NCBI GenBank assembly: GCA_964590105.1
Contig: CAZPYM010000003.1
Coordinates: 72,179 to 136,178 of the forward strand
Direction of reading: 5' to 3'
Origin: an uncultured Gammaproteobacteria bacterium
Lineage (GTDB): Bacteria; Patescibacteriota; Patescibacteriia; UBA11705; JABHMO01
Length of the DNA: 64,000 nt
In this document: positions 10,226-20,278 of the stretch, piece by piece
Numbering within the stretch: the stretch's first letter is position 1
Layout of the letters: each line of letters starts with the position of its first letter
The notes under the pieces: generated by a model
Databases searched by the model: none
Seen by the model: only the letters and a program-made list of their open reading frames with translations
Told to the model about the DNA's origin: nothing
Program-made: the position numbers and the translations under genes

Positions 10226-10869
10226 TGTTATCAGATATGCTCAAGGCAAAAGTATATAATCAAACCGGAGAAGACAAGGGTGAGGTCAGCCTCAATCCGA
10301 AGGTCTTTGAAATACCTGTAAAAGATGAGTTGATTCATCAAGCTGTAGTGGCGCTATTGGCGAATAGGCGGCAGGTCTTGGCTCACGCCAAAACCAGAGG
10401 CGAAGTCAGAGGCGGCGGCCGCAAACCGTGGAAGCAAAAAGGCACCGGCCGAGCTCGTCATGGCTCAATTCGCTCTCCTTTATGGGTGGGCGGTGGCGTG
10501 ACCTTTGGTCCGACCAGCGACAGAAATTTTTCAAAGAAAATCAACAAGAAAATGAAAACCAGAGCTTTGTTTATGGTTTTGTCAGAAAAAGCATTAAACA
10601 AGAACGTTTCTGTTTTGGAAAAACTAGAAATAGCAGAAGCGAAAACCAAGCCAATTATTGAACTATTGAAAAAAATAAAGTTGGATAAAAAAGTTTTATT
10701 GATAATTGAAAAAATGGATAGCAAAATTGCGCGTTCGGTTAATAATATTCCAAAGATTACGTTGATATCAGCGAATAGTTTGAATGTTTATGATGTTTTG
10801 AACGCCAAGCATTTGTTGGTGACAAAAAACGCGTTAAAAACAGTAGAGCAAACTTTTTTGGTAAAATAA
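10225..10869 (+). CDS. rplD: 50S ribosomal protein L4
   Basis: L4 core ...RGEVRGGGRKPWKQKGTGRARHGSIRSPLWVGGG... Confidence 0.93.
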   Translation: MLSDMLKAKVYNQTGEDKGEVSLNPKVFEIPVKDELIHQAVVALLANRRQVLAHAKTRGEVRGGGRKPWKQKGTGRARHGSIRSPLWVGGGVTFGPTSDRNFSKKINKKMKTRALFMVLSEKALNKNVSVLEKLEIAEAKTKPIIELLKKIKLDKKVLLIIEKMDSKIARSVNNIPKITLISANSLNVYDVLNAKHLLVTKNALKTVEQTFLVK

Positions 10870-10875
10870 AAGCAT

Positions 10876-11370
10876 ATGGGATTGATTAATACAATTTTCA
10901 AATCCAAAAAATCAGAGACCAGGGCAAAGAAAAGCGATGATTTAAAAGAAACGGAAAAACCCGCAGTAGTTCAGGTTGCTCAGCAAAAAGAGGAAACAGA
11001 AAAGTCCGCGCCAAAGATTTCTCCGGAAAATAAATTGGAAAAATCAAATTACACACCTGCGATAAAGGTTTCTCAAAAAGATGACGCCACTGCCTACCGT
11101 ATGCTATATTATCCGTTGATTACGGAAAAAGCGACTGATTTAGTTCAATTTGGCAAATACTGTTTTGTAGTGCCTGTTAATGCTTGCAAAAATGAAATAA
11201 AGAAAACAATTATAAATGTTTACGGAGTTAGCCCCGCCAAAATAAATTTTGTCCGGCGCGAGGGCAAGCGGGTACGAGCCGGCAGAAGGTACGGACGAAC
11301 CAAGGCTTACAAAAAGGCAATTGTTACTTTACGGCCAGGAGACAAAATTGAATTGTACGAAGGCGTATAA
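10876..11370 (+). CDS. rplW: 50S ribosomal protein L23 (the annotated ORF carries an N-terminal Lys/Glu-rich extension of about 70 aa; the core may instead start near 11099)
   Basis: Core YPLITEKATDL...KTIINVYGVSPAKINFV. Upstream is low-complexity K/E sequence. Confidence 0.85.
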   Translation: MGLINTIFKSKKSETRAKKSDDLKETEKPAVVQVAQQKEETEKSAPKISPENKLEKSNYTPAIKVSQKDDATAYRMLYYPLITEKATDLVQFGKYCFVVPVNACKNEIKKTIINVYGVSPAKINFVRREGKRVRAGRRYGRTKAYKKAIVTLRPGDKIELYEGV

Positions 11371-11382
11371 AATTACCAAAAT

Positions 11383-12228
11383 ATGGGAATTAAAGTATAT
11401 AAACCGATTAGCAATGCTCGCCGCCAAATGAGCATGATTGATTCTTCCGGTTACACAAAGAAAAAACCGGAAAAGAGTTTGATTAGAATCAAGAAAAAAA
11501 CAGGCGGACGCAATGCCCAGGGGAAAATTACCGTTAGGCATATTGGTGGCGGAGCAAAGCGTTTTTGCAGAGAGATTGATTTCAAAAGAGACAAATTTGA
11601 TGTGCCAGCGATAGTAAAAGCAATAGAATACGATCCTGGCCGCACTTCTAGAATAGCGCTGTTGCAGTATCGAGATGGTCAAAAAAAATATATTGTCGCT
11701 CCGACAGAGTTAAAGATAAACGAAGAAGTTATTTCTTCTAAATCAAAAATTGAAATCAAGGCAGGCAACGCAACAATACTGGAAAATATTCCGATTGGCA
11801 CCTTGATTCATAGCATTGAAATGGTTCCGGGTAGAGGGGCTGAAATGGTCAGGTCAGCAGGCTCATGGTGTAAATTGATGGCGGTCGAAGGAAAATACGC
11901 CCAGCTGCGCTTGCCTTCATCTGAAATCCGTTTAGTCCCCAAAGAATGTATGGCGACGATCGGACAGGTTAGTAATCCTGAGCACATGCATATTAACATT
12001 GGCAAGGCTGGTAGGAAAAGACATATGGGAATCCGGCCGACAGTTCGGGGAAAAGCTATGAATCCGGTTGATCATCCGCACGGAGGCGGTGAGGGCGGTT
12101 GCCCTATTGGGTTAAAGCATCCGAAGACTCCATGGGGTAAGCCGGCGCTTGGACTCATTACCCGCAAAAGAAATAAAGCATCAAATAAATTTATTATACA
12201 GAGACGTAAGAAAAAAAGACGAAAATAA
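11383..12228 (+). CDS. rplB: 50S ribosomal protein L2
   Basis: ...[15 protein letters not shown]...[10 protein letters not shown]... Confidence 0.95.
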   Translation: MGIKVYKPISNARRQMSMIDSSGYTKKKPEKSLIRIKKKTGGRNAQGKITVRHIGGGAKRFCREIDFKRDKFDVPAIVKAIEYDPGRTSRIALLQYRDGQKKYIVAPTELKINEEVISSKSKIEIKAGNATILENIPIGTLIHSIEMVPGRGAEMVRSAGSWCKLMAVEGKYAQLRLPSSEIRLVPKECMATIGQVSNPEHMHINIGKAGRKRHMGIRPTVRGKAMNPVDHPHGGGEGGCPIGLKHPKTPWGKPALGLITRKRNKASNKFIIQRRKKKRRK

Positions 12229-12231
12229 TTA

Positions 12232-12528
12232 TTGCGCAATATGTCAAGAAGTCTAAAAAAAGGGCCCTATATCGACTTAAGGCTAATTAAGAAAACCAGC
12301 TTGGTTAAGCAAGGCGAAAAAGTCGTAATTAAAACTTGGGCCAGGCATGCAGTGATTACCCCTGAAATGGTGGGCTTTACTTTTGGCGTGCACAATGGAA
12401 AAGACTTTGTTGAAGTAACGGCCGTTGAAAATATGGTTGGACATAAGTTGGGCGAATTTTCGCCGACTCGCAAGTTTGTTTCTCATGGTGGCAAAATCGC
12501 CAAAGCTCAATCAAAGGATGGAAAATAA
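12232..12528 (+). CDS. rpsS: 30S ribosomal protein S19 (the start may be at 12241, [10 protein letters not shown])
   Basis: [12 protein letters not shown]...NGKDFVEV...[13 protein letters not shown]. Confidence 0.93.
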   Translation: MRNMSRSLKKGPYIDLRLIKKTSLVKQGEKVVIKTWARHAVITPEMVGFTFGVHNGKDFVEVTAVENMVGHKLGEFSPTRKFVSHGGKIAKAQSKDGK

Positions 12529-12571
12529 TATAAAGAGTAAATTATAAAAGCAAAAGGCAAATTAATATAAT

Positions 12572-13168
12572 ATGCAGGTAAAAGCTAAAGCAAACTATAT
12601 CAGAATTTCTCCGCGCAAAGCACGCTTGGTTGCAGCCGTAGTGCGCAGTTTGGATTTGCAGCGGGCTTTTGATCAATTGGCAATGTTAAATAAAAAGGCC
12701 GTCAGACCAATTGTCAAGCTGTTGAAATCGGCTTTAGCCAACGCAGAACACAATTTTGAATTAGATAAAGGAAATTTATTTGTTCAGGAGATAAGAGTTG
12801 ACGATGGTCCCACTCTTCACCGGTGGATGCCCAGAGCATTTGGCCGCGCTACCCCCATCCGAAAGAGGACTTCTATGATCAGTTTAATTTTGGCAGAGAG
12901 AGTTCCTAGCGAAGGAAAAGCTAAGACCAAAAAGCAAAAAATTGAAACAATCAAGACAGCTGCGGAAATAGCAACTAAACCCAATGAAACAAAAATTGAA
13001 ACGCCTAAAAATGACGCTGTCATGAAGGACGCGGAAGCCGGACACCAAGAAGAATATTTTGACGTAAAGAAACAAGGCGGTTATCGCGATGCTCAACAGG
13101 TTGGAAAAAATATCAAAAAAGAAAAAGGATTATTTAAAAAAATGTTCAGACGCAAGTCTGGCATGTAA
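12572..13168 (+). CDS. rplV: 50S ribosomal protein L22 with a C-terminal extension of about 85 aa
   Basis: The L22 core MQVKAKANYIRISPRKARLVAA... is followed by a K/E-rich tail. Confidence 0.9.
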   Translation: MQVKAKANYIRISPRKARLVAAVVRSLDLQRAFDQLAMLNKKAVRPIVKLLKSALANAEHNFELDKGNLFVQEIRVDDGPTLHRWMPRAFGRATPIRKRTSMISLILAERVPSEGKAKTKKQKIETIKTAAEIATKPNETKIETPKNDAVMKDAEAGHQEEYFDVKKQGGYRDAQQVGKNIKKEKGLFKKMFRRKSGM

Positions 13169-13181
13169 TTAAGCAAGTCTT

Positions 13182-13850
13182 ATGGGAAAGAAAATAAATC
13201 CAAGAATTTTCAGAATAAAACAGACGCGCGGCTGGGACTCACGCTGGTTTTCTGGTAAAAATTACGCCAAATTTTTAAGGCAGGATTTATTGGTCAAAGA
13301 ATATTTAAAAAAGAAATTGCTAAATGCCTTTGTGTCTAGAATAAATATTGAAAGAACCGCCAAAGAGATAAATGTTATTATTTATTCCGCCAGGCCTGGG
13401 ATAATTATCGGACGGAGTGGTGCAGGCATTGAAGACATAAAAAAAGAAATCAGGCAAAAATTTTTGCCCGATCGCACAGCTAAACTGAATATTAATATCA
13501 AGGAGGTCGCAAATCCAAATTTAGATGCAAATATTGTTGCGCAAAGTATAAAGTTTGATATTGAAAAAAGAATTCCGTTCCGTCGAGCGATGAAGCAAGC
13601 TCTTGGAAAAGTAGAGAGGGCGGGCGCCAAGGGTGTGAAAATCAGAGTGGCCGGCAGATTGAATGGCGCTGAAATTGCCAGGACAGAAAAGGTGATTTCA
13701 GGCAAGGTGCCACTGCATACCTTGCGAGCAGATATTGATTATGCTTTAGTTGAAGCAAATACAATTTACGGAGTGATCGGTATTAAGGTCTGGATATATC
13801 TCGGAGAAATTTTTGAAAAAAAAGAAGTTACAACAAAAGAAAAAAATTAA
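13182..13850 (+). CDS. rpsC: 30S ribosomal protein S3
   Basis: MGKKINPRIFRIKQTRGWDSRWF... with KH and S3-C domains. Confidence 0.95.
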   Translation: MGKKINPRIFRIKQTRGWDSRWFSGKNYAKFLRQDLLVKEYLKKKLLNAFVSRINIERTAKEINVIIYSARPGIIIGRSGAGIEDIKKEIRQKFLPDRTAKLNINIKEVANPNLDANIVAQSIKFDIEKRIPFRRAMKQALGKVERAGAKGVKIRVAGRLNGAEIARTEKVISGKVPLHTLRADIDYALVEANTIYGVIGIKVWIYLGEIFEKKEVTTKEKN

Positions 13851-13853
13851 TAT

Positions 13854-14270
13854 ATGTTGGTCCCCAAGAAAGTAAAACATAGAAAATGGCATAAAGGACG
13901 GAGTCTTCGCAAGGAGATTACGGCTTGTCGTAGCACAGAAGTTTCGTTTGGCGAGTATGGCCTCAAGGCCGTGACAGAGTCTTGGGTTTCTTCCAAGCAA
14001 ATAGAAGCTGCCCGTCGAGCAATCACCAGACATGTAAAAAGAGGCGGCAAGGTTTGGATCAGGATATTCCCCGACAAGCCGGTCACGGCCAAAGGAACGC
14101 AGGCAACTATGGGTAGCGGCAAAGGAACGCCAGATCATTATGTCGCTGTTGTCCGACCGGGAACAGTTGTTTTCGAGATAGCGGGTGTAACTGAAACTAT
14201 TGCCAGAGAATCAATGCGTCTAGCCGGGCATAAATTGCCGGTCAAAGTGAAATTTGTTACCAGAAACTAA
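13854..14270 (+). CDS. rplP: 50S ribosomal protein L16
   Basis: [16 protein letters not shown]... and ...[19 protein letters not shown]. Confidence 0.95.
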   Translation: MLVPKKVKHRKWHKGRSLRKEITACRSTEVSFGEYGLKAVTESWVSSKQIEAARRAITRHVKRGGKVWIRIFPDKPVTAKGTQATMGSGKGTPDHYVAVVRPGTVVFEIAGVTETIARESMRLAGHKLPVKVKFVTRN

Positions 14271-14271
14271 T

Positions 14272-14463
14272 ATGAAAACAAAGGAAATAAGAGCAAAACA
14301 AACGGAAGAGCTGGAAAAAATGTATTTAGAGCTTTGTCAGAAAAGGCAGCAGTTAAATTTTAAGGTTGCCGGTAAACAGCTGAAAAACGTTAGAGAGCTA
14401 AGGGATGTAAAGCGAAGTTCGGCAAAAATTCTAACGATATTAAAAGAACGAAGCGGCGAATAA
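14272..14463 (+). CDS. rpmC: 50S ribosomal protein L29
   Basis: [31 protein letters not shown]... Confidence 0.85.
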   Translation: MKTKEIRAKQTEELEKMYLELCQKRQQLNFKVAGKQLKNVRELRDVKRSSAKILTILKERSGE

Positions 14464-14483
14464 TTATCAAATTTCAAATCAAT

Positions 14484-14741
14484 ATGGCAGAAGAAAAAAA
14501 ATCAAAAATTTGCCGGCAGCACAGCGGCATAGTTGTCAGTGTCAAGATGAATAAAACCGTAGTGGTTTTGGTTGAAAGGATTGTGAAACATAAAACATAC
14601 CTGAAGCAATACCGCGTCAGCAAAAAATACAAAGCACATGACGAAAAAAACGAATGCCAAGTTGACGATAAAGTTATAATTGAAGAATGTCGGCCGCTCA
14701 GCAAAGACAAGAGATGGAGAGTAATAAAAAGGGTCAGCTAA
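14484..14741 (+). CDS. rpsQ: 30S ribosomal protein S17
   Basis: ...[40 protein letters not shown]... Confidence 0.92.
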   Translation: MAEEKKSKICRQHSGIVVSVKMNKTVVVLVERIVKHKTYLKQYRVSKKYKAHDEKNECQVDDKVIIEECRPLSKDKRWRVIKRVS

Positions 14742-14744
14742 TAT

Positions 14745-15116
14745 ATGATTCAAGCAAGCACAATATTAAAATGCGCAGATAATACCGGAGCGAAAAGGAT
14801 CCAGTGTATTAAGGTTCTCGATGGATATAAAAAAAGATACGCTAGATTGGGTGACGTTATTACCGTTAGCGTAAAAGAAGCCAAACCGCATAGTATGGTA
14901 AAGAAAGGGGAGGTTTTGCATGCAGTGGTGGTCAGGACAAAAAAAGAAACAAGGAGAACTGATGGATCATATATTCGTTTCAGCGATAATGCGGTAGTAA
15001 TAGTTGACAGAAAAAGCAAAGAGCCAAAAGGCACAAGAATTTTTGGGCCGGTGGCCAGAGAGTTGAGAAAACATGGATTTAATAAAATTTTGTCATTAGC
15101 GCCAGAGGTTTTATAA
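14745..15116 (+). CDS. rplN: 50S ribosomal protein L14
   Basis: [27 protein letters not shown]... Confidence 0.95.
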   Translation: MIQASTILKCADNTGAKRIQCIKVLDGYKKRYARLGDVITVSVKEAKPHSMVKKGEVLHAVVVRTKKETRRTDGSYIRFSDNAVVIVDRKSKEPKGTRIFGPVARELRKHGFNKILSLAPEVL

Positions 15117-15129
15117 ATTTGTTATTATT

Positions 15130-15489
15130 ATGAAAATACGCAAAGGAGACAAAGTACAAATAATGAAAGGCAAGGATCGCGTCAAGCGGACAAAAAAGGG
15201 AGAAAAAAAAGAAAAGTCCAATCAGGGAAAGGTTGTCCAGGTGATTCCGGCCAAACAAAAAATCATTGTTGAGGGGCTGAATTTGAGATACAAACATGTC
15301 AGGCCGAAAAAAGAAGGAGAAAAAGGCCAGAGGATCGAATATCCATATCCGATTAATGTTGAAAACGTAATGCTGGTTTGCCCCAAATGTCATAAATCTG
15401 TCCGGGTGGCCTACAAACTATTGGATTCTGATCTGAAGGGTAGAAAAAAAATACGAATTTGTCGCAAGTGTAATGAGGCGATTGATTAA
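15130..15489 (+). CDS. rplX: 50S ribosomal protein L24 with a C-terminal CxxC...CxxC zinc-ribbon tail
   Basis: KOW motif MKIRKGDKVQIMKGKDRVK, then CPKCHK...CRKCNEAID. Confidence 0.88.
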   Translation: MKIRKGDKVQIMKGKDRVKRTKKGEKKEKSNQGKVVQVIPAKQKIIVEGLNLRYKHVRPKKEGEKGQRIEYPYPINVENVMLVCPKCHKSVRVAYKLLDSDLKGRKKIRICRKCNEAID

Positions 15490-15540
15490 TCAATAAATTA
15501 TTTAGCCGAAAGGGTATATTATATAGAAAAGAAATAAATT

Positions 15541-16089
15541 ATGAATAGCCTAAAAGAACAATACAGCAAAGAGGTTGTGCCGGCGCTCATGAAGAGCCTT
15601 GGTTACAAAAACAAGTTATCAGTGCCCACAATAAAAAAAGTTGTGCTAAATGTTGGAATTGGCGCTGGGCTAAAGGATAAAGAATATCTTGAGATAGTAA
15701 AAAACACTTTAAGACGGATAAGCGGTCAGGAACCGATTGAAACGACTGCCCACAAATCAATTTCAAATTTTAAGATTAGACAGGGAATGGTGGTCGGGAT
15801 TAAAGTAACTTTGAGAAAAAGCCGAATGTGGGATTTTTTGGAAAAGCTGGTAAAAATTACTTTGCCTCGGGTTAGAGATTTCCGTGGATTAAGCTCTCAG
15901 GGTTTTGATAATCGTGGAAATTATTCACTTGGTTTTAAAGAAAATGTCGCTTTTCCGGAAATTAAACAGGATGAACTAGAAAGAATGCACGGACTGGAAG
16001 TCTGTATTTCCACCTCAGCTGAAACAAAAGAGCAAGGGAAAGTATTACTGCAGGAATTAGGGTTTCCATTTAAAAAGGAAGATAAATAA
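15541..16089 (+). CDS. rplE: 50S ribosomal protein L5
   Basis: MNSLKEQYSKEVVPALMKSLGYKN... Confidence 0.93.
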   Translation: MNSLKEQYSKEVVPALMKSLGYKNKLSVPTIKKVVLNVGIGAGLKDKEYLEIVKNTLRRISGQEPIETTAHKSISNFKIRQGMVVGIKVTLRKSRMWDFLEKLVKITLPRVRDFRGLSSQGFDNRGNYSLGFKENVAFPEIKQDELERMHGLEVCISTSAETKEQGKVLLQELGFPFKKEDK

Positions 16090-16098
16090 AATATTGAT

Positions 16099-16284
16099 AT
16101 GTCGACAACCGCGCAATACGCAAAATCACAAAAAAAACCAAAATATACCAGTCGGTTGATCCGGCGCTGTTGGCGTTGTGGCCGGGTACACGGCTTTATG
16201 AGAAAATTTGGTTTGTGCAGAATTTGTTTCCGTGAACTGGCTGACCGAGGCGAAATCCCTGGTGTTACTAGAAGCAGTTGGTAA
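16099..16284 (+). CDS. rpsZ: 30S ribosomal protein S14 type Z (zinc-binding)
   Basis: 61 aa with the [20 protein letters not shown] zinc ribbon. Confidence 0.92.
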   Translation: MSTTAQYAKSQKKPKYTSRLIRRCWRCGRVHGFMRKFGLCRICFRELADRGEIPGVTRSSW

Positions 16285-16338
16285 ATGATCTAATCGGAGA
16301 ATTAATAGAAAAATTATCATTTTTTTAAGATCATAACT

Positions 16339-16731
16339 ATGACAATGACAGATCCAATCGCAGACATGCTCACACGCATAAGAAATGCCTCCATGGCGAA
16401 AAAGGCAGAGGTTTTGGTGCCTTATTCAAAGATCAAGCTGGCGATTGCAAAAATTTTAGAAAAAGAAAGATATATTAATAACGCAACGACTGTTGAGGAC
16501 AATTTTAAATTTATTAAAATTAAATTAAAATATCAGGATAAAAAATCTGCAATAAGTTCCATCTGTCGGGTAAGCAAGGCCGGGAGAAAAATGTATGCGG
16601 GCAAGGGCAATCTGCCCAGGGTTTTAAATGATTTTGGCATTGCCATCGTCACAACCTCCAAGGGAGTGATGACGAATAAAGAAGCCAGACGCGCCGGCTT
16701 GGGCGGAGAAATTATCTGCGAAGTCTATTAA
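16339..16731 (+). CDS. rpsH: 30S ribosomal protein S8
   Basis: MTDPIADMLTRIRNA... and ...TTSKGVMTNKEARRAGLGGEIICEVY. Confidence 0.93.
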   Translation: MTMTDPIADMLTRIRNASMAKKAEVLVPYSKIKLAIAKILEKERYINNATTVEDNFKFIKIKLKYQDKKSAISSICRVSKAGRKMYAGKGNLPRVLNDFGIAIVTTSKGVMTNKEARRAGLGGEIICEVY

Positions 16732-16755
16732 GCTAGTTTTTACTAAGAAGATTAT

Positions 16756-17310
16756 ATGTCACGTATAGGAAAGCTGACAATTGAGATTTTAGATGGGGTT
16801 GAAGCCAAAATGAACCAGCGGGTTTTGTTTGTTAAAGGTAAAAAGGGAGAATTATCGCAGGAAATCCCACCAATGGTTAATGTGTCAATTGATACCGAAG
16901 GAAAAGAAATAAAAATTTCAGTGAACAAACCAGCTGATCATAATCAAAATGCGCTTTGGGGACTGTTTCGCAGCTTGGTTAATAATATGGTTGTTGGTGT
17001 GACGCATGGTTTTGAAAAAAAACTGGAAATAAATGGAATCGGTTACAAAGCAGCTGCCAATGGCAGAAAAGTAATATTGAATGTTGGCTATTCACATCCA
17101 ATTGAGTTTAATTTACCAGAGGGAATTGATTGTCGGGTAGAAGGACCAGTAATAACTGTTTCTGGTTGCAATAAACAATTGGTCGGCGAGGTGGCCGCTA
17201 ATATCAGAAAAGTCAGAAAGCCTGAGCCGTACAAAGGCAAGGGCATTAAATATGCAGACGAAGTATTAAGGCACAAAGTTGGGAAAGCTGCGGCCAAAGG
17301 GGCAGCATAA
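16756..17310 (+). CDS. rplF: 50S ribosomal protein L6
   Basis: [18 protein letters not shown]... shows the duplicated L6 fold. Confidence 0.93.
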   Translation: MSRIGKLTIEILDGVEAKMNQRVLFVKGKKGELSQEIPPMVNVSIDTEGKEIKISVNKPADHNQNALWGLFRSLVNNMVVGVTHGFEKKLEINGIGYKAAANGRKVILNVGYSHPIEFNLPEGIDCRVEGPVITVSGCNKQLVGEVAANIRKVRKPEPYKGKGIKYADEVLRHKVGKAAAKGAA

Positions 17311-17315
17311 TTAAT

Positions 17316-17675
17316 ATGAAAAACGAGCAAAAAACAAAATTAAGCAAAATATTCTTGCGCAAGCAAAGAACTAGGAAAAAGATATTAGGCAAAGAAAAAT
17401 ATCCTAGACTAACTGTGTTCCGCAGCTTAAAACATTTTTATTTGCAGATAATCGATGATGCCAAGGGGATTACTTTATGCGCGGCAAGTGACAAGAACGT
17501 TAAAGTAACAGGCAAGAAACCGATTGAGATTGCCGCTGAAGTGGGCAAAGAACTTGCCAAACGAGCGATCGCAAAAAAAATAGATCGAGTCATTTTTGAC
17601 CGAGGAGCAAATAAGTATCATGGCCGGGTCAAGGCGGCGGCCGAAGGAGCCAGGGAAGGCGGCTTAAAATTCTAA
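17316..17675 (+). CDS. rplR: 50S ribosomal protein L18
   Basis: ...[19 protein letters not shown]...[25 protein letters not shown]. Confidence 0.93.
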   Translation: MKNEQKTKLSKIFLRKQRTRKKILGKEKYPRLTVFRSLKHFYLQIIDDAKGITLCAASDKNVKVTGKKPIEIAAEVGKELAKRAIAKKIDRVIFDRGANKYHGRVKAAAEGAREGGLKF

Positions 17676-17682
17676 TTGAAAT

Positions 17683-18261
17683 ATGATTAAAAAAAAGGAC
17701 AATAAAAAAGGATCAAGAGCAGGGAAAAAGCCAGAGCAAGAGTTTGAGCAAAAAATAATTGATTTAGCGAGAATTACTAGAGTAATGGCCGGTGGTAAAA
17801 GAATGCGTTTTCGCGCCTGTGTTTGCATCGGAGACAAAAAGGGTCGAGTAGCCATTGGATTGGCCAAGGGTGCTGACGTAACGGTAGCGGTTAACAAGGC
17901 GGTTAATAAGGCTCAAAAGCAGTGGATTACTGTACCGATAATTAATGAAACTATTCCGCACGAGATCCGTACTAAACTTGGGGCAGCCAGATTACTTCTA
18001 AAACCAGCGCCAACCGGAACAGGTGTACGCGCCGGTGGCGCAGTTCGCGTGGTCCTGGAATTGGCCGGTGTGCCGAATATTGTCGGAAAGATCATGGGGA
18101 CAAATAACAAGGTGAATAATGTAAAAGCATTGATCAGCGCTTTGTCGTCATTTAATCCTGACGCGATTAGAAAAGCCAGAAATAAACAACAAAAGAAAGA
18201 TAATAAAAATAAAGCTGAAGTGACTGAAGATAGCGTGAAGAAAGAAGAGGATAAGGAATAA
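17683..18261 (+). CDS. rpsE: 30S ribosomal protein S5 with a C-terminal extension
   Basis: ...ITRVMAGGKRMRFRACVCIGDKKGRVAIGLAKG... The next gene is rplO, so there is no intervening L30 gene. Confidence 0.93.
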   Translation: MIKKKDNKKGSRAGKKPEQEFEQKIIDLARITRVMAGGKRMRFRACVCIGDKKGRVAIGLAKGADVTVAVNKAVNKAQKQWITVPIINETIPHEIRTKLGAARLLLKPAPTGTGVRAGGAVRVVLELAGVPNIVGKIMGTNNKVNNVKALISALSSFNPDAIRKARNKQQKKDNKNKAEVTEDSVKKEEDKE

Positions 18262-18319
18262 AAATTAATAAAACAAGAAATTAAGAAAATAATAAGGAAT
18301 AAGAAAATAAGAATATAAT

Positions 18320-18793
18320 ATGGCATTGGGACTAGACAAAATCGGAACGAGAAAAAAGACCAAGAAGAGAGTTGGCAGGGGCAATGCTTCCGGCCACGGC
18401 ACTTATAGTTGCCGCGGATTGAAAGGGCAACGGTCACGTTCTGGCGGTAAAGGAGGATTGAAGCTAAAGGGATTTAAAAAGAATTTACTGAATATTCCTA
18501 AAATGAAAGGCATGAAGAGCAAAAGACCCAAAAACCAACTTGTAAACATTTCCTCTTTAGAAAAATTTAGCGCGGAAGAAAAAGTCACCCCCGGTAGCTT
18601 GTTTGAAAAAGGGCTTATTGATACAATGAATTTGCCGGTGAAAATATTGACTGACAAGAAAAATAAACCAATGACAAAAAAAGTAGAAATTTATAATTGT
18701 TTTGTGTCTGATTCAGCAAAAAAACTAATTGAAGCGGCCGGAGGAAAAATTATTGACCTCGAGACTCGAGAAAACAAATCCGAGAAAGTTTAA
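18320..18793 (+). CDS. rplO: 50S ribosomal protein L15
   Basis: MALGLDKIGTRKKTKKRVGRGNASGHGTYSCRGLKGQRSRSGG... Confidence 0.92.
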   Translation: MALGLDKIGTRKKTKKRVGRGNASGHGTYSCRGLKGQRSRSGGKGGLKLKGFKKNLLNIPKMKGMKSKRPKNQLVNISSLEKFSAEEKVTPGSLFEKGLIDTMNLPVKILTDKKNKPMTKKVEIYNCFVSDSAKKLIEAAGGKIIDLETRENKSEKV

Positions 18794-18802
18794 CATTGAT
18801 AT

Positions 18803-20074
18803 ATGTGGGAGAGAATCATTCAAATCTGGAGATTAAAAGACTTGCGGAATAAAATACTGTTTGTTTTTTCCATGTTAGTGGTTTTTAGATTGGCGGCGCA
18901 TATCCCGATTCCGGGTGTTAATATTGACAATCTGCGGGAATTTTTTGGTTCAAACCAAGTTCTTGGACTGTTGAATCTGTTTTCAGGTGGCGGTATGCAG
19001 AATTTTTCAATTGTGATGATGGGAGTGGCCCCCTATATTACAGCTTCAATTATTTTTCAGCTTTTGGCCATGATTATTCCAAAGCTGGAAGAAATATCAA
19101 AGGAAGAAGCCGGCCGACAGAAAATCAACATGTATACCAGGATTGCCACGGTTCCGCTTTCCTTTTTACAGGCCTACGGCATGATTACTTTGCTAAAGCA
19201 ATCGCCAAAGCCGATTATTGAAGATTTAAGTTTATTCAGTCTTTTTGCAATGCTTTTAACTATCACCGCCGGCACGGTTTTTCTGATGTGGCTTGGCGAG
19301 TTGATTACAGAGAAAAAAATAGGTAACGGTATTTCACTTTTAATTTTTGCCGGTATAGTTGTTCGCGTCCCAACGGCTTTGCAGACAGTGGTAATCAATT
19401 TTAGTCAAGAACAGGTTGTTAACCTATTGGTCTTTTGTGCCATTGCACTTATTACTGTTGTCGGAGTAGTGATTATTACGGAGGGTCAGCGAAATATCCC
19501 CGTGAGCTACGCCAAAAGGGTTCGCGGAATGAAAATGTATGGCGGAATGAATACTCATTTGCCGATTAGAGTAAATACAGCCGGCGTTATTCCTATCATC
19601 TTTGCCATTTCCTTAGTTTTGTTTCCGCCAATGATTGCTCAATTTATGTTGCGGGCCAATTCGGCCTGGATTCATTCGTTCGGGCAGGGGATTATTACAT
19701 TATTTAACAATCATCTTTTCTACGGTATCTTATATTTTTTATTGGTATTTGGTTTTACATATTTTTACACGGCAGTAATTTTTCATCCATATCAGATTGC
19801 GGATAATCTGCAGAAAAATGGCGGATTTATTCCAGGCATTAGACCCGGTTCGCATACGGCGGAGTATTTGCAGCACACTATCAGCAGGATTACCCTGACC
19901 GGTGCTTTGTTTCTCGGTTTAATTGCGGTTTTGCCAATGATGTTGCAACAAGTTTCCGGACTGCAATCAATGGTAATCGGTGGAACCAGTATTCTGATCG
20001 TAGTAAGTGTGGCCATTGAAATTGTCAAACAAGTCGAAGCGCAAATGACAATGCGCGATTATGATGGATTTTAG
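18803..20074 (+). CDS. secY: preprotein translocase subunit SecY
   Basis: 423 aa, 10 TM segments, GGGMQNFSIVMMGVAPYITASII motif. Confidence 0.95.
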   Translation: MWERIIQIWRLKDLRNKILFVFSMLVVFRLAAHIPIPGVNIDNLREFFGSNQVLGLLNLFSGGGMQNFSIVMMGVAPYITASIIFQLLAMIIPKLEEISKEEAGRQKINMYTRIATVPLSFLQAYGMITLLKQSPKPIIEDLSLFSLFAMLLTITAGTVFLMWLGELITEKKIGNGISLLIFAGIVVRVPTALQTVVINFSQEQVVNLLVFCAIALITVVGVVIITEGQRNIPVSYAKRVRGMKMYGGMNTHLPIRVNTAGVIPIIFAISLVLFPPMIAQFMLRANSAWIHSFGQGIITLFNNHLFYGILYFLLVFGFTYFYTAVIFHPYQIADNLQKNGGFIPGIRPGSHTAEYLQHTISRITLTGALFLGLIAVLPMMLQQVSGLQSMVIGGTSILIVVSVAIEIVKQVEAQMTMRDYDGF

Positions 20075-20278
20075 AGCCAATATACAAACCTCAAATATTA
20101 TTAAAAATGTTGGCTCTTTGCCGGCATTTTTGATATAATGATAAAGAAATTTGAAAACAGAAAATGGAAGCTGCCCGCCTTGACTAGACGTCAAGTCGAG
20201 GCGGGGAAATTAGGGTTAGGCTTAGTAGTCTCTGAATCATGGCGTTAACCCGAGTTTATAATTTCTAATCACGTATTT

